DNA from: Bdellovibrionales bacterium
Lineage (GTDB): Bacteria > Bdellovibrionota > Bdellovibrionia > Bdellovibrionales > JAMPXM01
Direction: 5' to 3'
DNA: 64,000 bases
Assembly: GCA_043739185.1 (NCBI GenBank)
Contig: JAYUEN010000286.1
Span: 39,604 to 103,603 of the forward strand
Part shown: positions 17,915 to 27,589 of the stretch, piece by piece
Position numbering within the stretch: position 1 is the first letter of the stretch
Layout of the letters: each line of letters opens with the position of its first letter
Translations under genes and position numbers: made by a program
The notes under the pieces: model-generated
Told to the model about the DNA's origin: nothing
What the model saw: only the letters and a program-made list of their open reading frames with translations
Database searches by the model: none

Positions 17915-19198
17915 TTACATCATATCGAGCATCAACGCGCCCGGGTTTTCAATTCGCTGAATAAATGCCTTTAAGAAATGGGCGGCAACTGCACCATCAA
18001 TCAAGCGATGGTCTGCGGTAATCGTAAAATTCATTACTTTGATCACATCAAGCTTGCCATCTTTAACAATGGGCTTTTCAGTAATCTTATACATTCCTAG
18101 TATAGCCACCTCTGGATGATTGATGATCGGGGTCGCATAAGTCCCGCCAACACTGCCGATATTTGTTATTGTAATCGTTGCATGTTTCATTTCTTCAAGT
18201 GCTAATTTGCCATCACGAGCTTTTTTCGAAAGCTCAATGATCTCGCGACTGAGGTGAAGAATACTTTTGTGATCGGCATCCTTTATGACGGGCACCAACA
18301 AGCCATTTGGTGTATCTGCTGCAAATCCTAAATTAAAATATTTTTTATAAACAATCTCACTAGAGGCATCGTCTATGCTCGCATTGAATTGTGGGAACTC
18401 ACGAATCGTTGCAATCATTGCCTTCATTACAAATGGTAAATAGGTTACTTTTACATTTTGTTTTTCAGCAATGGCCTTAAGCTCCTCTCGCATTTTAAAA
18501 AGTGCTGTGACATTGGCTTCATCCATCAAGGTAAAGTGCGGGATGATGTGTTTTGCCATTTGCAAATTTTCAGCAATCTTCTTGCGAATTCCGCGAAGTG
18601 GAATGCGTTCTTCAAGTTGTGCCTGGTTACTTGTATAAGCAGGCTTCATCATAGGAGTTCCTGCAGAGGTTGCACCAGATCCCTTGGTACTCAAAACATC
18701 TTCTCGCGTGACTCGGCCTGCGATACCGGAACCGCGCAGAGAATTGATATCCACTTCCATTTCGCGCGCCAGTCTTCGCGTTGCTGGCGTCGCAAGAATA
18801 TTTGAACTCGCTGCTGGAGGATAAACATCCATGCCTGTTGTCGTTTGAGCAGGGGTAGTTGCCGACTGCGCTTTAGCCGGAGCCGCAGCCATAACCGGAG
18901 CCTGCGCAGTTGGTGGCGCCTTAGCGACCGGCACGGAGGCCGCTTTCGAAGCCCCTGCTTCTAAATCCAAAACCATCATGGTGATTCCGACTTTAGCAAC
19001 ATCGCCCTCTTTTAATTTGAATTCTTTGACAATACCGGCAACCGGCGTTGGCACTTCAACACTGGCTTTGTCAGTCATAATTTCGGCGATTGCTTGATCT
19101 GCCGCAACCTTGTCGCCAATCTTTACCAGCCACTTGATCATTTCACCTTCGGTGACGCCTTCTCCGAGCTCAGGAAGTTGAATTTCTTTGAGTGCCAT
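17915..19198 (-). CDS. Dihydrolipoamide acyltransferase (E2), single lipoyl domain
   Basis: TDKASVEVP lipoyl Lys, ATPATRRLARE E3-binding domain, ADHRLIDG catalytic motif. Confidence 0.95.
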   Translation of the reverse strand: MALKEIQLPELGEGVTEGEMIKWLVKIGDKVAADQAIAEIMTDKASVEVPTPVAGIVKEFKLKEGDVAKVGITMMVLDLEAGASKAASVPVAKAPPTAQAPVMAAAPAKAQSATTPAQTTTGMDVYPPAASSNILATPATRRLAREMEVDINSLRGSGIAGRVTREDVLSTKGSGATSAGTPMMKPAYTSNQAQLEERIPLRGIRKKIAENLQMAKHIIPHFTLMDEANVTALFKMREELKAIAEKQNVKVTYLPFVMKAMIATIREFPQFNASIDDASSEIVYKKYFNLGFAADTPNGLLVPVIKDADHKSILHLSREIIELSKKARDGKLALEEMKHATITITNIGSVGGTYATPIINHPEVAILGMYKITEKPIVKDGKLDVIKVMNFTITADHRLIDGAVAAHFLKAFIQRIENPGALMLDMM

Positions 19199-19208
19199 AT
19201 TTTCTCCT

Positions 19209-20138
19209 CTAAAAATGACTAATTTGCTTATCTTCTTTATTTGAATCTAATTCTTGTTTTTCAATTACGCCCTTCATAAAAAACTCTCCCGCACGATATG
19301 AGCTTCGCACCAGTGGGCCACTGGCTACATACAAAAAGCCTAAAGATTCAGCTGTCTTTTGCCAATTTACAAACTCCTCGGGTGCTATATATCGCTTGAG
19401 TTTAATGTGCCGCTTTGTTGGTTGCAAATATTGACCAAAGGTAACGATATCACAACCAGCAGATCGCAAATCTTTTAGAGTCTGAAGTACTTCGTCGGGC
19501 TGTTCGCCCAATCCGAGCATAATTGATGATTTGGTGTATTTTTTTGGATCTATTTTTTTTACAAAAGACAATACCTTCATCGTTTGTTGGTATGTGGCCC
19601 GTGGATCTCGCACCGCTGGCGTTAGTCGCTCAATAGTTTCAACATTGTGTGCAAAGACATGTGGGCCCGAGCGAACTACAAGCTCAATGCAAGCTTCATC
19701 CCCTCTGAAATCGGGGGTCAAAATTTCAACAATTAATTTTTTATCATTGGCGCGAATGCTGCGAATTGTACGAGCAAAATGTTCCGCTCCCTGATCTAAA
19801 AGATCATCTCGATTGACCGAAGTGATCACGACATACTCTAAACCCATTTGAGCGATGGCATAGCCCACTTTTTCAGGCTCATCATTGTCGATGGCACCTT
19901 TGGGATTGCCGGTTTTGACATTGCAAAATCGACAGCCACGAGTACAAACTTCGCCCATGAGCATAAAAGTTGCGGTTCCACCGCTCCAACATTCAGCTAT
20001 ATTGGGGCAACGTGCTTCCTGGCAAACCGTAGCAAGTTTGAGCTGGCCAAGCATATCTTTTATTCGCAGATAATTTTCGCCGCTCGGCGCTTTTACCTTT
20101 AGCCATTCAGGTTTAATTAATTTTTCTTCAGTTGCCAT
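19209..20138 (-). CDS. lipA: Lipoyl synthase
   Basis: KPEWLK, CQEARCPNIAEC, CTRGCRFC, PLVRSSY. Confidence 0.97.
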   Translation of the reverse strand: MATEEKLIKPEWLKVKAPSGENYLRIKDMLGQLKLATVCQEARCPNIAECWSGGTATFMLMGEVCTRGCRFCNVKTGNPKGAIDNDEPEKVGYAIAQMGLEYVVITSVNRDDLLDQGAEHFARTIRSIRANDKKLIVEILTPDFRGDEACIELVVRSGPHVFAHNVETIERLTPAVRDPRATYQQTMKVLSFVKKIDPKKYTKSSIMLGLGEQPDEVLQTLKDLRSAGCDIVTFGQYLQPTKRHIKLKRYIAPEEFVNWQKTAESLGFLYVASGPLVRSSYRAGEFFMKGVIEKQELDSNKEDKQISHF

Positions 20139-20229
20139 AATGACAGAATTCTAGACCCTTTTTAGCACTTCGTCACGAGGAGAAATTCGCTATCGAAAGA
20201 CTGAAATACAAAGTGCTCACTCTAAACAT

Positions 20230-20254
20230 AAAAAAAGGGACCAAAAGGTCCCTT
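20230..20254 (-). terminator. Rho-independent terminator of the DsbA-family gene
   Basis: Stem AAGGGACC (20235-42), AAAA loop, GGTCCCTT (20247-54), followed by a U-run on the minus strand. Confidence 0.75.
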
Positions 20255-20284
20255 ATAAAAACAGAATTTAGGTGTTTTCGTAGA

Positions 20285-21064
20285 CTATGAGCCCTTCAAT
20301 TGGCGCTCAATAATTTTTTTGAATTCATCAATTGGGTAAGCACCCTTTAAGGAAATTCCGTTAACAAGGTAGCCTGGAGTTCCGCTGAATCCAAACTTTT
20401 CGAATTCCTTTTGATCTTCATCGATACGCTTTTTTACTTCGTCACTTTGAACATCTTTATCGGTGATTTTAAGACCCAATTTTTTAACTGCGGCTTTCAG
20501 AAAAGCTTCGCCTTTTTCAGTAAGCTCTTGCTGATGTTCAAAAATATAATCGTGTAGCTCATTTGCCTTGCCAGGTTGCTTAATGGCTACTGCTTCATAA
20601 TATTGAGAAGCAATCATGGCATTTGGATGAATGCGAACGATCGGCGCATCTTTAAAAATAACTTTCACTTTATCAGGATATTCTTCTATCACTTTTTTCA
20701 TTGTAGCATATCCACGGCTGCAATAAGGACACTGAAAGTCAGAGTATTCTATGATTGTAATGGTAGCGGCCTTATTACCTTTAATCGCGCGATTTTCACC
20801 AATAACTGGCTTCTTCGGATTTTTGTACTCTTCTTCTCGAGCCTTAATTTCTTCTTCTTGATATCTTTGCTCTTCAACTTGACGGGCCTTTTGAGCTGCC
20901 TCATTGACCACTTTCATGAACTTATCTGGATTCTTTTCGATCACACTAAACATGATGTCTGGGTTATCTTCCATCACTTTTTTTAATTGGGTAGCAGACG
21001 GTGCACAGGCAGATAATGCCAAGGCAACCAAAGTAAATCCGAGCGGTAAACTAAACTTTTTCAA
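20285..21064 (-). CDS. DsbA/thioredoxin-fold lipoprotein
   Basis: EYSDFQCPYC, GFSGTPGYLVNG, lipobox LSAC. GGAGG SD before TTG 21064. Confidence 0.9.
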   Translation of the reverse strand: MKKFSLPLGFTLVALALSACAPSATQLKKVMEDNPDIMFSVIEKNPDKFMKVVNEAAQKARQVEEQRYQEEEIKAREEEYKNPKKPVIGENRAIKGNKAATITIIEYSDFQCPYCSRGYATMKKVIEEYPDKVKVIFKDAPIVRIHPNAMIASQYYEAVAIKQPGKANELHDYIFEHQQELTEKGEAFLKAAVKKLGLKITDKDVQSDEVKKRIDEDQKEFEKFGFSGTPGYLVNGISLKGAYPIDEFKKIIERQLKGS

Positions 21065-21220
21065 GCGATCCTCCAGGTTCAAAACTTTTGTTTCGTAATA
21101 ACTTCAGAAGCTTGATACTGCCATAGGACTTGCTTTCTGCTAAATAAAAAACGCGCCTAACCCATCGCATCCTCTAGAGCTTTTGTTGCAGGAGCCAAAG
21201 CTCATTGCTAGAGTTTTGTC

Positions 21221-21847
21221 ATGAAACAAAAAAAGCTTTCGATCTTCTTCATATTAAGTTTACTTTTCGTATTGCTTTCAGGCCCTATCGCGCATGCACG
21301 GCTCGAAATTACAGCTTCTGATTTGCTGCTTAAGAATTCCGAGCAGTTTAGCGACATAGTTCGAAGAAAAATTAAGAAAGCTCAAGACATACAGGCCAAG
21401 CAAGAAATTGAAGTTAATGACAAAGGCGAGATTTTTGCTGAACCTGAAGCCGTATCTTCGCTTCGAGATGCAATGCGAATAATCTTGTCTCGACCCGATC
21501 AAGATGGCGCCAGGTCTAAATTGTTCAATAAAGTACGTCAGGAACTAAATGATCTACACTCCTTCGATCAAGCCTTAGTTGATATTATTAATGAGTCCTG
21601 TGCTGGACTTAAATCGCAGAGCATCAACATTAAATTTGAAGAAACTTATCTGGTGATCGTCGATAATTTTTTAAGCGAAGTTCGGCCAGAAGTGGGAAAT
21701 AATGCCAACTTTAAGACTTTGGTCGAAAAGATTCGTGATTCAGATATACATGCTTCAGAAAAAATGAAGGGCCCAAATCGCAGTATTTCAATCAATGCCA
21801 ATCCTTCAAAATCAGCCGCCGAGATTTTAGGCTCCAAAAAGAAGTAA
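21221..21847 (+). CDS. Hypothetical exported helical protein
   Basis: 208-aa ORF with a signal peptide ending AHA. Promoter-like TTGCAG-17-TAGAGT just upstream. Confidence 0.7.
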   Translation: MKQKKLSIFFILSLLFVLLSGPIAHARLEITASDLLLKNSEQFSDIVRRKIKKAQDIQAKQEIEVNDKGEIFAEPEAVSSLRDAMRIILSRPDQDGARSKLFNKVRQELNDLHSFDQALVDIINESCAGLKSQSINIKFEETYLVIVDNFLSEVRPEVGNNANFKTLVEKIRDSDIHASEKMKGPNRSISINANPSKSAAEILGSKKK

Positions 21848-21946
21848 AGACGCAAACCTAGACCTTAGCCTAAACCTCGGGTCGGGGCACCGCCCTAAAT
21901 AGACTCTCCCAATGCCCTTGTATCGCCGATAAGAGAGCAACGCAGT

Positions 21947-22531
21947 TTGGTTCGTATTTCTCTTTTGAAAAGCAGAAATAGACGAACCAGCAAACACCCT
22001 TTACGGAGAGCTTTTAGGTTGAGCGAACTCACTCAAAGAAAAATTATCGGCTGGACGCTTGCCTTAGTCCTCGCCCTTGGCGGTATTGAGATTCGATTAT
22101 TTCTCATGCCCCCCTCTACCGTTGCAAAGGCTCTTGCAATGGCTCATAAATCTCGGTTGCCTGCAGGCGTTTCAAAAGGAAGTTTAAGTGAACGCGTTTT
22201 GGTCGATGTCGCCGACGAAATTTTAGATTTCAAATTGAGTTGCAATCGTAAATTAACCCAAATTAATGCCGGAGACGCCAGACAGATAAGAGTGCATTAC
22301 GAGGCCTGTACAAAAGAAGATGACGGCTATAGACTTTCAAGTATTGTGAATGAGACCAATCACTATCAAGCAACCATTTTTGATTTAGACAGCAGCAAAC
22401 AAACTTCAGACTTCATCCCATTAAAAGAGGGCAGCAATCATATTAAAATGAAGCTTACCAATGGCGAAAAACAAACCAGCGAACAAGAATATGTTTTCAA
22501 TCGATCAATGGCTAAAAGCCCGGTGCATTGA
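21947..22531 (+). CDS. Hypothetical membrane-anchored protein with beta-rich C-terminus
   Basis: Basic N-terminus, one TM (IIGWTLALVLALGGI), two Cys, Ig-like IPLKEGSNHIKMKL segment. Start codon uncertain. Confidence 0.6.
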   Translation: MVRISLLKSRNRRTSKHPLRRAFRLSELTQRKIIGWTLALVLALGGIEIRLFLMPPSTVAKALAMAHKSRLPAGVSKGSLSERVLVDVADEILDFKLSCNRKLTQINAGDARQIRVHYEACTKEDDGYRLSSIVNETNHYQATIFDLDSSKQTSDFIPLKEGSNHIKMKLTNGEKQTSEQEYVFNRSMAKSPVH

Positions 22532-22718
22532 GTTCTTAAGTTTCATTCAAAGACTCAAGCTCGATTTCATCGCGGAGGAAGTTCACTTACCGCTTTTTGT
22601 CCTCCTTTTTGTTTTTCTAGACCCCTCGAAAACTTCCTCATTCCACCCGAAGTTTCTATGCCAAAACAGGCCATTCATCTGGCTTCAATCTTACGCCTTT
22701 TCTGATAAAATTAAGCTT

Positions 22719-23879
22719 ATGAAACTCAGCTTTCTTTTGATGCTTTTATTTTTTTCCGCACTTTGCAGAGCCTTCGAACTAGAAATTGTCAGTAGCGTTT
22801 CTCTTCGAAAGAGCCCAAATTTTATCGGTTATTCTAATTTGGCCGGACAAATACAAAAGGGCTCGATTGCGGAAGTTGTAAATGAGAGACTTCTGCCGAG
22901 CGGAAACAAGGCGTATGAAATCAGTCTCGATAGCATCAAACCAAAATCTGGTTTTCAATCCTCATTGAGTGCGAAAACTCTTTGGCTTTACGGAAGTCAA
23001 AAATTCGTAAAAGAAAATAGTAACAGGTTGCTTGAGGCAAGAGCGGCCTGTACAAATTGCGCGAAATCTCAACCAGCATCTACACGGGCATTGGCGGACG
23101 TGACTGCAAGTTTAGAAAATAAGTTCAACTCACCTCAGCTTTCTATTGATGCGCAAACCCTAGTTAAAGCCCTGTCTAAACAGGGAATAGAATGCGATTT
23201 GAATGAGGACAGTTTACAAATTCGTGGCATTCAATGCAAAGGACGAATGAGCTCATATCCAGAGCCAGTTCGATTTTATATTCCAACGAATTTTGTTAAA
23301 AATGGTGAAAATACCTTAAATTTTTTCTTTCATGGATATGAAACAAAGGCCGACGTCTATCGTATCAATACAAACGACACAAACGGAGGCGGCGACTTTG
23401 GAGCCCGATTGGCAGAGGCGAAGGTAAATAACCAAATCATCGTTGTCCCAGAAAGCCGCGGTCGAGGGGTAACTTATGAGAAGTTCAGTGACGGAACTGG
23501 TAAGTTCTTTGAAAATTTTAAAGATCAAATCGTTAATATCACAGACACTCCATTTTCGAAAATGACTTTTGCTGCTCATAGCGGGGGTTATTTGCCTGTA
23601 ACTGCTCTACTTGGTTATCCAAAAATAGCGGATACTGTTAAAAAAATTGCTATGTTTGATTCAACCTATTTGGGCTCTTTGCCCATTACGAGTTGGATAA
23701 ATAAATACCCTGATACACATGCGCAAGTTTCATGGACTACCACCGGCGAGGTCGTTGCGAAAACCAAGATTTTTGTGTCTAAAGTTGAACGAAAGGGCCA
23801 ATTACAGTTGGTTGCTTCGAGTGGTACTCATATGGGCGATATTAAAGACGGTGGATATTCAGATTTTTTGAAAGACTAA
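22719..23879 (+). CDS. Secreted protein: SH3b-like N-terminus, CxxC linker, alpha/beta-hydrolase C-terminus
   Basis: Signal peptide MKLSFLLMLLFFSALCRA, CTNC, FFFHGY, AAHSGGY nucleophile elbow, MFDS, GTHM. Confidence 0.7.
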   Translation: MKLSFLLMLLFFSALCRAFELEIVSSVSLRKSPNFIGYSNLAGQIQKGSIAEVVNERLLPSGNKAYEISLDSIKPKSGFQSSLSAKTLWLYGSQKFVKENSNRLLEARAACTNCAKSQPASTRALADVTASLENKFNSPQLSIDAQTLVKALSKQGIECDLNEDSLQIRGIQCKGRMSSYPEPVRFYIPTNFVKNGENTLNFFFHGYETKADVYRINTNDTNGGGDFGARLAEAKVNNQIIVVPESRGRGVTYEKFSDGTGKFFENFKDQIVNITDTPFSKMTFAAHSGGYLPVTALLGYPKIADTVKKIAMFDSTYLGSLPITSWINKYPDTHAQVSWTTTGEVVAKTKIFVSKVERKGQLQLVASSGTHMGDIKDGGYSDFLKD

Positions 23880-23897
23880 AAAATAAGTTTTCATCTT

Positions 23898-24719
23898 TCA
23901 AAACGCAAGACTCATTCCTGCCAAATAAAGTGTTTCACGTACGGAAGCACCCGTATCGCCCGTACAGCCCGAGACCGTATAACTTGTTACCAAAGACCGA
24001 GTTAGTCTTTTTGTAACAATTCCGGCAATCTTTTGATCTAACGCCAAGTAGCGCGCCTCAAGTCCGACCGTAGGACTCTGAGTTCTGGTAATTGAAAACA
24101 ATCTTTCATTCTGAGAAAAGGTAATTTTAGTATTGAACCATGGTGCTCTCGCCATCACATCTATCAGATTGCCAGGGAGAGAATATTTGATATCAAATTT
24201 AACTTCCTGAACTTCAACTTTCACATTACTCAAGCGCTCTTTCGCTTCATAAACGGGGCGCATTTGAGGATCACTCTTTAAATAATTATCGGCATGATAT
24301 TCAACGAGTCTTGCCATCATATAGTTTCCAAATTCACGCTTTTGATCATCAACCTGCGCGGGAGTTCCCTGTAAAGTATAAAGATCGTCGTAATAAGTTT
24401 GTTTGTTCGGCGAGTTGTAAACTCGTTCGGCCTGAGTTCGGCCAAACTTATCCTCGTAGCGATCTTTAAATTCTTTTGAGATTTCTGAATTGAATATTTT
24501 TTCTTTCAATGGGATGGCCGTTATCGCCGGCTTGCCGATAAATGGAATTTCAATTCCTTCGTCATCTATTTCGTTTGTTACACTCGAAAGATAACCCGAG
24601 TGCTCTTCGTAATTGCGAATAAATTCAGTCGCCAGAGTTTGGTTTCCAAAAAAAATGACGAACCCGATAAGTGGCCACTTCCACAGACTGAGTTTCAGTT
24701 TTGTGCTGAATTCTAGCAT
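23898..24719 (-). CDS. Hypothetical exported protein with beta-strand-rich C-terminus ending in Phe
   Basis: GGAG SD before ATG 24719, N-terminal hydrophobic stretch, C-terminal YLAGMSLAF. Confidence 0.6.
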   Translation of the reverse strand: MLEFSTKLKLSLWKWPLIGFVIFFGNQTLATEFIRNYEEHSGYLSSVTNEIDDEGIEIPFIGKPAITAIPLKEKIFNSEISKEFKDRYEDKFGRTQAERVYNSPNKQTYYDDLYTLQGTPAQVDDQKREFGNYMMARLVEYHADNYLKSDPQMRPVYEAKERLSNVKVEVQEVKFDIKYSLPGNLIDVMARAPWFNTKITFSQNERLFSITRTQSPTVGLEARYLALDQKIAGIVTKRLTRSLVTSYTVSGCTGDTGASVRETLYLAGMSLAF

Positions 24720-24951
24720 GCACTCTCCCAAAACTATTCAGTGCAAAAACCAAGCACAAAACACCAAGTTTTCGCAGTATTTTGGTGCTTTACAGGGCCT
24801 TTCCGCCCTTTGCCGCTTTGCCACTTGATCTGCCGCCAACACTCCCTTAGGATATATTATTTTTAGTAGTTAATTCAGGCATTTGCCCTGTATAGAAAGA
24901 TACTCGTAAGTTGCCGTTTTTGGCCTAAGGATTGGCCGTAGGATTGTGCTG

Positions 24952-25620
24952 ATGACTGAGAAAGAGAGCCAAACTCTGCAATTTCACGCCATGCATTTGC
25001 GGGGGCGCGAAGAGTTGCATTTGCCGCGAAAAATCTGGCATATCTGCGGGGTTTCGCTGATGGCATTGATTTATACTTATTTTGGCAAGCAAACCTCTAT
25101 ACACATTTTGCTTCCGCTTATTGCGATTGTTTTACCCCTTGATATTCTGCGCTTAAAATCGCGACGCCTCAATTCATTTGTCTTGAGATCCCTCGGCTGG
25201 CTAATGAGAAAAAATGAATATCGTGCGCTTTCAGGAACTTCCTACCTTTTTGTGGGCGGCTTCGTCTTGTTGTTTTTTTCCCCTCATATTGTGATTCTCA
25301 GCTTGCTGTTTTTGGCCTTTGCGGACCCTCTGGCAAGTTATTTTGGAATTCGCTTTGGTAAAGATCGCATCATCCGCAAAAAAACATTGCAGGGAACTTC
25401 TGCCGCTTTTTTCGTTTGCTGTATCATTTCTGCGATTTATTATTACCAAAATAATATTATGATCGAACGCCTGTTTATTGTTAGTCCGCTCTCAGGGGTG
25501 ATCGGCGCAATGAGCGAATTGATACCGATCGGAACACTTGATGATAATTTTACATTCCCCATACTTTGTGCTCTATTCTTGACTGTGCTATTTTATCTTT
25601 TTGGTGGATTCGGAATTTAA
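24952..25620 (+). CDS. Diacylglycerol/polyprenol (dolichol/phytol) kinase family, CTP-transferase-like membrane protein
   Basis: RKIWH, LAFADPLASYFG, KKTLQGT, DDNFTFP. Confidence 0.85.
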   Translation: MTEKESQTLQFHAMHLRGREELHLPRKIWHICGVSLMALIYTYFGKQTSIHILLPLIAIVLPLDILRLKSRRLNSFVLRSLGWLMRKNEYRALSGTSYLFVGGFVLLFFSPHIVILSLLFLAFADPLASYFGIRFGKDRIIRKKTLQGTSAAFFVCCIISAIYYYQNNIMIERLFIVSPLSGVIGAMSELIPIGTLDDNFTFPILCALFLTVLFYLFGGFGI

Positions 25621-25639
25621 CTAGCAATTGAGGAATTTT

Positions 25640-26506
25640 ATGGTTGGCGAAAAAAGAATTGAGGCCGTTCGAAATCGAACAAGACGACTCAGGCAGCGCG
25701 TGAGCATGCACATTTATGTATTGCCAAATCTCCTGACCACCGGAAATATGTTTTTTGGATTTGTCGCAATTGTCATGTCTATTCAGCAAAACTTTACTCA
25801 TGCTGCCTATGCAATTGTGGGTGCAGCGATTTTTGATTTATTAGATGGGCGTGTCGCCCGCATCACACATTCAACCAGTCAATTTGGTGCCGAATATGAT
25901 TCTTTATGTGATCTCGTCAGCTTCGGAGTTGCACCTGGCATTTTACTCTACCTTTGGGCGCTGCAACCTTTCGGACGTATCGGCTGGCTCGCAAGCTTTC
26001 TCTTTGCGTGTTGTGGAGCGCTGAGACTGGCGCGCTTCAATGTTCAAGCAAATGTAATTGAAAAAAACTATTTTCAAGGATTGCCAATTCCGATGGCCGC
26101 GGGAATTGTTGCTAGCTCTGTACTTGCATTTACTGAGCTTGAGTTTGAAGCCAGCCATTCATACTATCTGCTTGCAATGACCATTTTACTGGCTTTTGTA
26201 ATGGTTAGTAATTTTCGCTATCGCAGTTTCAAAGACATTGATTTGAAGGGAAGAAAGCCTTTTTGGTATTTGGTCATTGGTGTGGCTTTGGTATTTGTAA
26301 TCGCGACAAAGCCAGAAGTGATGCTCTTTATTTTGTTTATGAGCTATGCGCTTATGGGCGCTATTTTTGGAGTTCTCAAAATCGGCAAACACCCACAAGC
26401 CAAACCCGCCGTTACGGCAAGTATCGAGGACGATTTGCATGAAGAGATTTCAGATGAAAGCGAAAGCAATCATGATGAATCTCATTCGAACGAGGGACAT
26501 GAATGA
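25640..26506 (+). CDS. pssA: CDP-diacylglycerol--serine O-phosphatidyltransferase
   Basis: LPNLLTTGN, DLLDGRVAR...SQFGAEYDSLCDLVSFGVAP, ALRLARFN, FQGLPIP. Confidence 0.95.
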   Translation: MVGEKRIEAVRNRTRRLRQRVSMHIYVLPNLLTTGNMFFGFVAIVMSIQQNFTHAAYAIVGAAIFDLLDGRVARITHSTSQFGAEYDSLCDLVSFGVAPGILLYLWALQPFGRIGWLASFLFACCGALRLARFNVQANVIEKNYFQGLPIPMAAGIVASSVLAFTELEFEASHSYYLLAMTILLAFVMVSNFRYRSFKDIDLKGRKPFWYLVIGVALVFVIATKPEVMLFILFMSYALMGAIFGVLKIGKHPQAKPAVTASIEDDLHEEISDESESNHDESHSNEGHE

Positions 26507-27549
26507 TCTCGAATTCTAAAAAGCTCAAAGTTGGAGTGGTGGGCGCCACAGGCGTTGTCGGTGAAACTTTTATTGAACTCTTACAGGAACGACAATTTCC
26601 GGTGGCGGATTTGAAATTGTTTGCAAGCGATGCATCCCTTGGTATGACCCGAAAACTCAATGCAAAAGATTACCCAATTGCGACGCTCAGCGATCAGTGT
26701 TTTAAAGATCTTGATATTGTGTTTTTCTCTGCCGGCGAGGGCATTAGTAAAAAGTGGGCGCCACTGGCCGTTGCAAGTGGTGCGTATGCCATCGATAATT
26801 CTTCAGCCTTTCGTATGGACGAAGACATTGATCTTGTCGTCCCCGAGGTCAACGGAGATTTGCTTTCCAAAAAAAATCCCGCCATTATTGCCAATCCCAA
26901 TTGTTCGACCATTCAACTCGTTGTCGCCTTAAGCCCCCTGCAAAAGAAATTCGGAATTGAAAGTGTTCGCGTAGCAAGCTATCAATCCGTCAGCGGAGCC
27001 GGTCGAGACGGCATGAGCGAACTGATCGAAAGCACCAGCCATGAACTCGCTCGCTTGAAAGCAAGCGCCACAGGTGTTCATCCCGCAAAGATCTTTCCAA
27101 AAAATATTGCCTTCAACTCTATACCTCAAATTGGCGACTTCGATGACAGCGGTTTTTGCGGAGAAGAGAAAAAAATAATTTTTGAAACAAAAAAAATTCT
27201 AAGGCAATCCGATTTGAGGGTTTCAGCATTTACCGTTCGAGTTCCTACACTGAATTCTCATGCCGAAGCCGTCTGGGTCACACTTAAGAAAAAAGATGTC
27301 TTACAAAAAGAATTTGAATCTTGCTTGAGTCAAAGTGATGGTCTTGAACTTATGGCACTTACTTCACATGAAAAATATCCAACGCAGAGTTTTACATCGG
27401 GAAAAGATCCGGTCTTTGTCGGGCGCATTCACCCTGAAATGGATTCTCAAGATACATGGATGATGTGGGTGGTAGCCGATAATTTGCGAAAAGGTGCTGC
27501 TCTCAATGGCATTCAAATCGCGGAGAAGATTTTTAACATCTCTCGCTAG
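26503..27549 (+). CDS. asd: Aspartate-semialdehyde dehydrogenase
   Basis: VVGATGVVG, IDNSSAFRM, IIANPNCST, YQSVSGAG, DNLRKGAALN. Confidence 0.97.
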   Translation: MISNSKKLKVGVVGATGVVGETFIELLQERQFPVADLKLFASDASLGMTRKLNAKDYPIATLSDQCFKDLDIVFFSAGEGISKKWAPLAVASGAYAIDNSSAFRMDEDIDLVVPEVNGDLLSKKNPAIIANPNCSTIQLVVALSPLQKKFGIESVRVASYQSVSGAGRDGMSELIESTSHELARLKASATGVHPAKIFPKNIAFNSIPQIGDFDDSGFCGEEKKIIFETKKILRQSDLRVSAFTVRVPTLNSHAEAVWVTLKKKDVLQKEFESCLSQSDGLELMALTSHEKYPTQSFTSGKDPVFVGRIHPEMDSQDTWMMWVVADNLRKGAALNGIQIAEKIFNISR

Positions 27550-27554
27550 GTTTT

Positions 27555-27583
27555 TTGACATCCGGACTTTTAGATGATCCAAT
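27555..27583 (+). promoter_or_regulatory. Sigma70-like promoter placing +1 at or near ATG 27590
   Basis: TTGACA (27555-60), 17 nt, TG-a-TCCAAT (27578-83), 6 nt, ATG. Confidence 0.5.
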
Positions 27584-27589
27584 TGTGCC

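Noticed and set aside
22461..22718. Long N-terminal extension of the 472-aa ORF
   Set aside because: It overlaps the upstream gene. The signal peptide and a -10 box point to ATG 22719.
21109..24757. Sigma54-like sites upstream of the DsbA gene (TGGCAG-TATCA-AGC) and the 24719 gene (GTGCTT-GGTTT-TTGC)
   Set aside because: The first has GG-GC spacing off by one and the second lacks the invariant GG.
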